Shown: positions 55,634-64,000 of the stretch, in pieces
Layout of the letters: every line of letters starts with the position of its first letter
How positions within the stretch are numbered: the stretch's first letter is position 1
Assembly: GCA_963702435.1 (NCBI GenBank)
Contig: CAVPCR010000003.1
Span: 32,001 to 96,000 of the forward strand
Reading direction: 5' to 3'
Source: Candidatus Eiseniibacteriota bacterium
GTDB lineage: Bacteria > Eisenbacteria > RBG-16-71-46 > CAVPCR01
DNA: 64,000 nt
Position numbers and translations under genes: made by a program
Notes under the pieces: generated by a model
What the model saw: the letters and a program-made list of their open reading frames with translations, nothing else
Told to the model about the DNA's origin: nothing
Database searches by the model: none

Positions 55634-57547
55634 CGGCCGGCCCTCCCCTCTCTGTTGCTTTAGCGTCATAGTACTAAAGTACCATGAGCTAATGGCGGTG
55701 TCAATACAAAAAGGGTCCGCTTTCTGTACGCGGGGCGCCCAGGGCGGAGGAGAGATCGGCGGCGAGATGTCGGCGAGGCGGCGCCGATGGCGCCGCCCAG
55801 GTCGGCGGAGTCGGCCCGGCGCGGTGGGGGAGCGGCTCGACGGGGGGCCGTTTCCTGCGGCGGGGGGTTCTGAAGCGTACTGGCGCTGGAGGGGGCGCGG
55901 AGCGCCTGGGGGCTTCAGTGGAACTGCGCTTGCGTGCAGCGCGAGGTGCTTCAGGCTGGGCAGGCGTGATCCGCTGGCGAGGGCGGACAGCTCCTTGGCC
56001 GATCCAAAAGACTAGCACGGTAGTCGAAGCGGGCTCCCCGAGGCGGGCCGAACGGAGGATGACAATCTCGAGAGGTCGCGGTCTCGTTGAGGTTCGCGTA
56101 GCGCAAGTGGATCTGTGATGTATGGCTCGCTCAGGACGCTCCCTAGCGAGGCAGCGCTTCCTTGAGGTTGTAGCTACTAGCAGACACGCGTGGGCTCCCG
56201 CGAGGTTGGCTCTGCTCAAGGTTCTTGATAGTTCGCAGAAGTAGTCGAGGACAAAGAAGATGATATCGAGCCACCAGCTAAAGATCTAACGCCCACGAGC
56301 GGCTTGCCTATCACGAGTGAAGATCCTCAAGGGCGTGCTTTCTGGATTCGCCCCGCTCCCCGGTTTCCTTTGCGAGTCGCTGAAATTGCCTGCGAGGCTT
56401 GATAATGCTTCGCACTGTGCCGCTTGCAGAAATCCAGTCCGCGAGCCTGGCGATACTTCGAGGAGTCTAGCGTGCCTCGAGAAGATGCGGCCGCGAGCCG
56501 TGAGGAAAGCAATCGAGGAGCCGAGCGAGGGTGCGCATACGTCGATGGACGAGGTTCCGAACTCGCGGAATGTGGCCATTCGCCCACAAATGTGGTGCCG
56601 TTGAGGGAGTCCTCGATCGCGAGCGATAAATGGTTGTGCTGGGCCGGTGCACCCCTGCCAGGTTCCAGTAAGTACGCCGACGTGGGGCTGTGCAGGGAGC
56701 GTATCGTCCACTTCCGCAGCGCGGGGAGGATGATTAAGAGAGTGGCCGCGACCAAGCGCACCTTTGTTGCCATCCTGTCCTCCTGCTGCAGTCAGGGACT
56801 CTCGGCGCGTTCATACCACGGTCGCGTCGTGCTGCGACTCGCCTGACTTACCCGCTGCCTCCCCCCTGGGGGTCGGGGGGCGGATCGTCCCGCTAGCCCC
56901 GTCCTCGAGCTGTGCACGTATCCGAGGTCAGTCACGCCGCCCGGAGCTGACGACTAGGAGCGGCCTCCCTCGCGTTTGGCCGGCGGTGTCGGAGCGTGGC
57001 GACAGTGCGCAGCGGCGGCGTGGAGACCCCACGGGTTGAGCTGGAAAGCGTGCGCCTCTCCGCTCGGCCTTCTCCCGGTCTGGCTCTCGAGCGCGCGCTA
57101 TGCGCCACGACCCGCCCGAGACGCCGCCATTGGCGTCCGGCACGGGGCTAAGCCGCGAGAGTGCGAGACTCTCGACCCTACTCGCGCCAACCTCGGAACG
57201 CTCGTGGAGGTCCAGGTGCACCGTGCTCGATTGACGCCGGCACGCAGCGGTCGCCTGGACTCCACAGAGCGGGCCCGGGTCTGGGCCCCCGGGGAATCCC
57301 CCCACGCCCCCGTCGCGCATACAAGGGGACCCATCCCTCTTCCCGGCCCGCAAGCGGAGAAACGAAACTGCCACGAACGGGAACCCCTTGCTCCCCTACC
57401 CCCCTGGATTGGATCTCTCTCCGATCCACCTCCTCGAGAACCGTGACGGCAGGCCACCGCCTTCAATCTAGGCCTTGACCGTAGCCGCGGTCTGGGGTGG
57501 CATGGGCTTGTCAAGGGCGGGCGATTCCCACGCAGGAGGTGAAGGCC

Positions 57548-58147
57548 GTGCCTATCAGTCGTCGACCGTTGAGCGAGCGCCAAGAGGAGGAACTCCGGGC
57601 CGCTCTTTTACAGCAAGCGACCACGGGCCTCGAGGACAAGAAGATCGCCCGCCGCGTCGGGTGCTCCCTTCGGACCCTGCATCGGCGGAAGCGCGCCTTG
57701 GCCGACGAACTCGCACCCGGGCGGGACCCGGAGGCCGAGCGGATGACGCAGGCCCGCCACCGTCATGCCGGGGGACGGATTGCCCAAGCTCTTCTTCGAG
57801 CCACCGCAGGGAACGGCGGTGACGGAGGACTCCGCGGCATCCTCGACGCCTTCCCGGATCTCGGCGTTCTCACGGACGACGAGAAGGAGCGCCTCCTCAC
57901 AATCCTCGCTCACAAGGCGCCGCCCAACGTGCAAGTGCAAGCCGTGAAGCTCCTCGACGAGCTGCAGAGAGCGCGGAGGCCGCAGGAGCGGATAGGCCCC
58001 CCTCCCCCACTCACGAGCGAGGAGCGGATCGCGCGCCTGAAGCGCCTGACGGAGTGTGTCGAAGACGACGAGTGGCACGTGGTGAAGGCCTGGCGTGACG
58101 AGCAGATCGGTGCTCGCGGGAGCTCGACACCCATCTCCGCGGGATGA
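57548..58147 (+). CDS. N-terminal HTH protein (possibly small-terminase-like)
   Basis: aggagg RBS then GTG; KKIARRVGCSLRTLHRR HTH. Confidence 0.55.
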   Translation: MPISRRPLSERQEEELRAALLQQATTGLEDKKIARRVGCSLRTLHRRKRALADELAPGRDPEAERMTQARHRHAGGRIAQALLRATAGNGGDGGLRGILDAFPDLGVLTDDEKERLLTILAHKAPPNVQVQAVKLLDELQRARRPQERIGPPPPLTSEERIARLKRLTECVEDDEWHVVKAWRDEQIGARGSSTPISAG

Positions 58148-58612
58148 GTGACGCGGGACAGCTGACTGGGGCGGCTCCGCCTGGTCTCGCAGAGCATTCC
58201 GACGTCGGAGGAATTTTGAGGATTCTGAGCTTTCTGAGCCTACGCGGTCCACTCGACCTCGAGTCCGCGCGATCCGCAGATGGATACGGTTTGGATACGG
58301 TCTCAGGAGGGAAACCGGGGCAAAGCAGGGTACACAGAGACCCTGAAGAGAATCACCTAAGCCGTTGCTGCTGACGTAAGTGTCGAGTCTAGCGAGAGCT
58401 CGGTGGATCGGCTTGGACGATTTAGGAAACCGCTGCTCTGTCCGCCTGAGCTACGGGGGCATGATCTGCGCCAGGCTGGAGGAGCTTACTCGCCCGCCCA
58501 GGCATCCGCAATGCGATCCCCCTGTCAGCTCGTGACCAGGCGGGGCGATCCTGGTAGCCGCGTCCCCCGGGATCGCCGTTCGGATACTGCGGGCGTTCGC
58601 GCGAGACTCGCC

Positions 58613-59945
58613 TCAGCTCCCGGTGAGGGCGCTGGGGTCCACGAACTTCGACTCGTCGGCCATCGCCGGGGCGAACGGATGTTCTCCGTCGCGCGGGTCC
58701 TCCACCGTCCCCGGATCGACTGTGGATGGGAGCGTGTAGATGCGTGCGATGAGGCCGGCCGCCGGGACCCCCGCCAGGTACTCCTGGTAGGTGACCATGG
58801 CATCCGTGGGCAGCTCGGCCCGGGCCCGTCTGGCGGCGTCGATCGCTGCGTCGGAGATCGGCGTGCCGGTCCTGGCCGCCGCGGTGAGCCGCGTGTAGAT
58901 GTCGCGCTGGCGGGCGAGTGCTGCGTCGGCGGTGCCCTGACTCGATCGCGCCACCGAGATGAGGAGCGGGAAGTTCTGGTCGAAGAGGTCGGCGCGGGCG
59001 AAGCTGGAGAAGACGACCCCGAAACCGAGGGGAATCGCGGCGACGCTGAAGAAGCCCTTCATCGGGCCGGCATGGCCGTCGTACGAGACGTAGTAATTGA
59101 CCGCCTCTCCCCCCTCGACGTTGCTCTTCTGGAACGCCTGCGTGGTCTCCGAATCCGGGCTGGCGGCGACGATGGTCAGGTTGGTTCCGTCCACCTCGCG
59201 GACGACACGCCGCAGGAATGTCTCGGTGGTGTCGCTGGCCGTGGTCTGGGGGAGCATGCGGGTGAACACGGACATCGTGCGTTCGGGGTTGTCGAATCCG
59301 GTGACCTGGTTACCACCGCCCACGGCCCAATCAGGGGGCACGGCATACCAGGACATGCTGTCCGGTGACTGGCGGGCGACTATGGCGGGCAGCTTCGACT
59401 CATCGAGAGGCGGGGGCGGCTCGAGCGGGGTGACCCAGGCCGTCTTCACGACGGGGAGCAAGCGTGCAAGATCGGTCTCGAAGCCGGCCGCCGGAGCCAC
59501 GACGCTGGCGAGCACCGCTCGGCCGCGCGTCGTGATGTAGGTATAGCCCTCGACCGGACGGCCGTCGATCGTGAAGCGCGTCCGGTAGCGGCAGGACCGG
59601 CGATCAGGCGGGTGCATGAGATCGCCGACCACGAGGTCCGGCCGCTGCCGCCTGGCCGCGGTCTCGATCTGCACCATCGTGCTCACGGCATCCTTGCCCC
59701 GGAGCTCGGCCGGGATAGGCCACAGGATGACCTGCCGGCCCTGGCCGTCGGTGATGTGGACCTTCCCGTCGGCCTCCTCCTCGATCTCATAGCCCTCCGG
59801 CCTCTGCACCATCATCCCGCTTCGCGTGCGGAGGGGCTCGGCGCCGGGGGCGGCCCCGGGGGCGCTCAGCCCCGGGAGCATCCCGAACAGAACGGCAAGG
59901 ACGGCGGCGGCCCGGACGGGGATGGAATGAGACCTGTGAACCATT
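58613..59945 (-). CDS. Secreted hypothetical protein
   Basis: Long ORF with signal-like AAAVLAVLFGML segment. Confidence 0.72.
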
Positions 59946-60139
59946 GGCTGAATCGCTCCAGGAAGCGCTCGAGCGCTTGATCGGCGACGGCGACCGCGAG
60001 CGAGGTGATCTCCTCGCATCAAACCGTGCCCTGTGCCGGCTCCCGGGATCGAGAACACCTGACCCGGTGGCCTGCCATAATACACCCGCGGCCCGCCGGG
60101 TGGCGGGCCGCGGGTAGGGTCGGACCGGTGGCGATGTTC

Positions 60140-60766
60140 CTACCGGTAGGTGTTCTTGACACCGCCCCAGGTGGTCTCCTCGACCGGCACCACGCCGCAG
60201 TCGGGAAGACCGGTCCAGCGGAGCACGTAGGGCGACTCGCAGGGCACGCCCGTGAAGACGTCGGGGCCCGCGAAGAAGTAGTAGCTCTGACCGCCGGCAA
60301 CGGCGAGCGGAGCCGAGGGCACGCAGCTCGGCGAAGTAAGCGTCGAGACGACGCCCGTCGGGCAGACCGGCGTGAGGACGAAGAGGCGGAGGGTGAAGCC
60401 GTCAGACGTCCCCTGGTAGGTCCAGGAACCGGCGGGGAAAGTACCCCGGAACCAGTCGGTGTCGCGGTAATTCTGGGCCTGGAAGAGGTACGTCCCGCTC
60501 TTGCCACAGACCGTGTTGCAGGTCAGGGTCGTGAAGACGGCCGGGGTCGAGTTGCAACCACCGTTGAAGTTGTCGACGTACTCCGGGCCGCAGGGCGGCT
60601 CGTTCTCGATCTGCGCCCCGGGGGGGCAGATGAGCGGCGGGTTGCAGACGAGGTAGGTTTCCGGCTGTCCGGGGTCGGCCGAGGTGTTGGAGGTGTCGGC
60701 GGCAAAGGCCGAGGCCGCCCCAACGAGAAGAAGCCCCATGCACAGTGCAGTAGCCAGCTTCATCAT
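60140..60766 (-). CDS. Secreted Cys-rich protein ending in VPVEETTWGGVKNTYR
   Basis: ggagg RBS and signal peptide MMKLATALCMGLLLVGAASAFA. Confidence 0.85.
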   Translation of the reverse strand: MMKLATALCMGLLLVGAASAFAADTSNTSADPGQPETYLVCNPPLICPPGAQIENEPPCGPEYVDNFNGGCNSTPAVFTTLTCNTVCGKSGTYLFQAQNYRDTDWFRGTFPAGSWTYQGTSDGFTLRLFVLTPVCPTGVVSTLTSPSCVPSAPLAVAGGQSYYFFAGPDVFTGVPCESPYVLRWTGLPDCGVVPVEETTWGGVKNTYR

Positions 60767-61316
60767 GGTCGCGATTCCTCCGGGAGGCGTCATGCACTCC
60801 CTGGTGCGGGCGGGCACGGAGAACTCTCCATGGTGCTCAGGACCTGGCGGAGAGCCCGGGAACAGCAGTGTGCCTCGCCGCGTTTGCTGCAAGAGAGCCG
60901 GTCGGCTCCAAGAAGCCGAGCGCCGGCCCGATCCGAAATGCACCGGCGATCGATGACACAGGACGTCATGGACGCACCGATGTACGGAAAAGTAGCAGAT
61001 CCGGTGTTGGCTGTAAACCGAAAGTTCGTGTCGGCGGGTGGACGAGTGCGGCGGAGGGAGTGCAGGCCGGCGCGCCGGACCTGCCGGCGCCAACTCGTGC
61101 CGGGTCCTCGTCAACGGGTGGAACGCGTTCGGCGCGGCGACGCGATTCGTGACCGTGTCCCCGAACGAAGTGCGGCGCGGAGCTCTGGATTACGAGCCCC
61201 GCGCCGCCCGCGGTGGTTGGCGACTACACAACCATGATACCCGGTCCGGCGGCCCGCGTCATCCGGAACCGTCGCCGGGTCGGACTTCCCTGTGTCTATC
61301 AGCCAATCGCCGTCGG

Positions 61317-61859
61317 CTACTCGGTCGCGTAATCGACGAGCGCCGCCACGGGGTAGCCGGCGAGCTTCTTCCGCCCCGGGAGGAAGGAGAGCTCGACCAC
61401 GAAGGCGAAGCCCGCGACCTTCCCTCCCTGCCGCTCGACGAGCTTGGCCGCGGCGGCCGCGGTGCCGCCGGTGGCGAGGAGATCGTCCACGATGAGGACC
61501 TTCTGGCCCGGCTTCACCGCGTCCCGGTGCATCTCGAGCCCGTCCGTCCCGTACTCGAGGGCATAGGTCTCGCGGATCGTCTCCCACGGGAGCTTGCCGG
61601 GCTTCCGGGCCAGGGCGACCGGCAGGCCGAGCGCCGCCGCCGCCGCCCCGGCGAACACGAAACCGCGGGACTCGATGCCGACCAGGATCTCCGCTCCGGC
61701 CATGCGCGCCTCCGCGGCGACCCAGTCCACCGAGCTGCGGAACGCCGGCCCGTTCAGGAGAAGGGTGGTGATGTCCCGGAAGACGATGCCCGGCTTGGGG
61801 AAGTCAGGCACGTTCCGGATCAGGGATCGCAGGTCGTCCTTGAGCGAGACCGCGGGCAT
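61317..61859 (-). CDS. apt: Adenine phosphoribosyltransferase
   Basis: PDFPKPGIVFRDIT, IESRGF, RKPGKLP, VDDLLATGGT. Confidence 0.97.
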   Translation of the reverse strand: MPAVSLKDDLRSLIRNVPDFPKPGIVFRDITTLLLNGPAFRSSVDWVAAEARMAGAEILVGIESRGFVFAGAAAAALGLPVALARKPGKLPWETIRETYALEYGTDGLEMHRDAVKPGQKVLIVDDLLATGGTAAAAAKLVERQGGKVAGFAFVVELSFLPGRKKLAGYPVAALVDYATE

Positions 61860-61965
61860 GGAACCTCCTCGTGGCCAGGCGGATGCTGTGGATGCCGAAG
61901 GCAGGCAGCCACCGGGCCCGCCGAGGGGCCCGATGGCTGTTTGCGCGCAGCTTACCTTATCACGA

Positions 61966-63123
61966 TCATGCCGGCAGCGGCCGGCGGAGCACTAGCCGGG
62001 CGCGGGTTCCGTTCCCGTGCCCATGGTCCCCTCTTCCGTTCCCGTTGCCGCGTCCGTTCCCGTCTCCCCCGCCGTTTCCCCCGCTCTCCTCGACGCGCAC
62101 GAGCGTCCGGAGCTTCTCGAGCGCGCGCTTCTCGATCTGGCGCGTTCGCTCGCGACTCACGCCGAGGAAACCGCCGGTCTCGGCGAGCGTGTGCTCACGC
62201 CCGTCGAGGAATCCGAAGCGGATGCGCAGCACCGCCTCTTCCTTGCTGCCGAGGCGGCCGAGGAGCCGCGTCAGCCGCTCCTGCTCGAGGCGGAACTCGA
62301 TCTGCTCGTCCGGCCTGGGCGGCGGTTCCCGATCGTCGAGCCGCATGAAGCTCTCGAAGCCGAGCGCCGCCGGGGCGTCGATCGAGCGCGTGCCCGCGGC
62401 CGCCTCGCGCGTGCGCTCGATCATCTCGACGCGCGCCCCCATGGCCGCCGCGATCTCCTCCGCGTGCGGAGTGCGGCCGAGCCGCTGGGCGAGCCGGCGG
62501 TCGGTCTCGAAGAGACGCCGCATCGACTGGATGATGTGGAGCGGCACGCGCACGGTGCGCGACTGCTTGGCGACCGCCCTCGTGATGGCCTGCCGGATCC
62601 ACCACGACGCGTACGTCGAGAAGCGGAACCCACGCCGCGGATCGAAGCGATCGACCGCGGCCATCAGGCCCAGGTTCCCCTCCGCGACGAGGTCGAGGAG
62701 CGGGAGCCCCCGGGTCCGCTGCGCGTTCGCGAGCTTCACGACGAGCCGCAGGTTGGCGAGGATGAGCCGCCGCCGCGCTCCGTCGTCGCCGCGCTGCACG
62801 GCGAGCGCGATGGCGACTTCCTCCTTGGCGGTGAGCAGGGGGACGCGCCCGATCTCGTGGAAGTAGAGGACGAGCGGGTCCGCGATGTCCTCGTCGTCCC
62901 TGAGCCTGTGCAGCGGTCCCAGGGGCGGGCTCCAGTCGATCGGGATGTCTTCGTCCTGCGCGGCGGCCAGGAAGAGGTCGAACTCCTCCAGGTCGAATTG
63001 CGGGGACTTGACGATGCGGCTGATGATCGAGCCCGGAATCACTCCGTGCTCTCGCCCATGACTGAGGGCGCTCTCGAGCGAGGACGAGATGTTAAGGGCG
63101 GGGACCTCGGCTGCGCTCGACAT
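61966..63123 (-). CDS. RpoD/RpoS-family sigma70 factor
   Basis: NLRLVV, DLVAEGNLGL, RFSTYASWWIRQAI, SRERTRQIE. Confidence 0.93.
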   Translation of the reverse strand: MSSAAEVPALNISSSLESALSHGREHGVIPGSIISRIVKSPQFDLEEFDLFLAAAQDEDIPIDWSPPLGPLHRLRDDEDIADPLVLYFHEIGRVPLLTAKEEVAIALAVQRGDDGARRRLILANLRLVVKLANAQRTRGLPLLDLVAEGNLGLMAAVDRFDPRRGFRFSTYASWWIRQAITRAVAKQSRTVRVPLHIIQSMRRLFETDRRLAQRLGRTPHAEEIAAAMGARVEMIERTREAAAGTRSIDAPAALGFESFMRLDDREPPPRPDEQIEFRLEQERLTRLLGRLGSKEEAVLRIRFGFLDGREHTLAETGGFLGVSRERTRQIEKRALEKLRTLVRVEESGGNGGGDGNGRGNGNGRGDHGHGNGTRARLVLRRPLPA

Positions 63124-63397
63124 GGCTATCCCTCCTTGACGAGCCCCGTGCGATCGCCGGCGGAAGGCGACGCGGCATGGTGGATGCCGCCGCGCCTCGC
63201 CTGCAGGCACGAGGGATGCGGTCTGTACGAGAGGGACCTCGCGTCGTCAAGGGCTCGCTCATCGTGTGGGCGAGAGCGAACGAGCCCGCATGCGTCGGCT
63301 GACGGAGAGGGGACTCCGGTGGAGGGGGGACTTCCTCGAGAGAGGGACGACGGATTCGTCGACCGGTCTCGGCGTGGAGTCAGGTGTGATGTTGAGC

Positions 63398-63474
<77 letters not shown>

Positions 63475-63672
63475 AACCTGACACCACGCCGCCCCGCCCG
63501 TCAAGAGCGGGGAAGCAGCGGCAGCATAGCAGGGGCCCGGGGCGGGCACAACCTGCGATTCGACCGCCGCCCGGTCTTCCCGATCTCCACGGTCCTTTAC
63601 GGAAAGGACCCGCCGGTCCTTGCCGGCCCTGCTCCCACATCCCTGCCGGCCCGGGCCTGCAGGCGCGGGCCC

Positions 63673-64000
63673 TCACATCCCTGCCGGGCGATCGGGGACG
63701 AGCGGTACGAAGCGGCAGGGGCAGAGGCTCCGGGCCCGGAGTTCCCGGCCGCGCCGCGTGAAGGCGGTCAGGATCTGGGTGCCGTCCTCGGGGCCGACCG
63801 GGATGACGAGCCGGCCGCCCGGGAGGAGCTGCTCGACGAGCGCCCCGGGCACGGCGTCCGCTGCCGCCGAGACCAGGATCGCATCGTACGGCGCGGCCGC
63901 CGGCCAGCCCGTGAAGCCGTCGCCGACGACGACCTCGAGGTGGGCATGGCCGAGGGTCGCGAGGCGCACCCGCGCGAGCTCCGCGAGCTCGGGCAGGCGT
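63673..64000 (-). CDS. pcm: Protein-L-isoaspartate O-methyltransferase, partial
   Basis: GDGFTGWPAAAPYDAILVSAA...GGRLVIPVG...RFVPL. Confidence 0.92.
   Translation of the reverse strand, partial: RLPELAELARVRLATLGHAHLEVVVGDGFTGWPAAAPYDAILVSAAADAVPGALVEQLLPGGRLVIPVGPEDGTQILTAFTRRGRELRARSLCPCRFVPLVPDRPAGM

Larger units (their letters stand above)
46703..58461. mobile_element. ~11.7-kb integrated satellite/IME-like element bounded by 41-bp direct repeats
   Basis: tttaggaaaccgctgctctgtccgcctgagctacgggggca at 46703-46743 and 58421-58461; integrase, xis and primase inside. Confidence 0.92.

Noticed and set aside
55990..56800. Defence gene in the lower-GC patch of the island
   Set aside because: Only fragmented ORFs with no motif I can recognise

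Overview
The window looks like two unrelated genomes joined at about 33685/33686. Segment 1 (1-33685, moderate GC, many single-base frameshifts that look like long-read errors, probably Anaerolineae/Chloroflexota) carries a >8.7 kb repeat-rich surface adhesin next to a HAMP/HD-GYP gene, an ExeM-type nuclease, a TetR gene with an ABC/MFP exporter, tRNA-Glu followed by 87-bp repeats, rpsA, and a chlD-like chelatase with a probable programmed -1 frameshift. It also carries a TIR-coiled coil-TM-FGE/C-lectin receptor whose 3' end looks like a DGR variable region and whose TIR domain is cut by an IS, and a SOS-box promoter. Segment 2 (33686-64000, very high GC, probably an Eisenbacteria/Latescibacteria-like FCB lineage) carries xseA-folD-ymdB-6S RNA-zapA-zapB-rplT-rpmI-infC-tRNA-Val, several secreted FlgD-Ig-tailed proteins, an ~11.7 kb satellite-like element integrated in tRNA-Arg(CCT) that duplicates the 5' half of the tRNA, and apt, a sigma70 factor, tRNA-Pro and pcm. 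All calls are by eye from sequence and motifs, with no database searches, and the taxonomy is inference.
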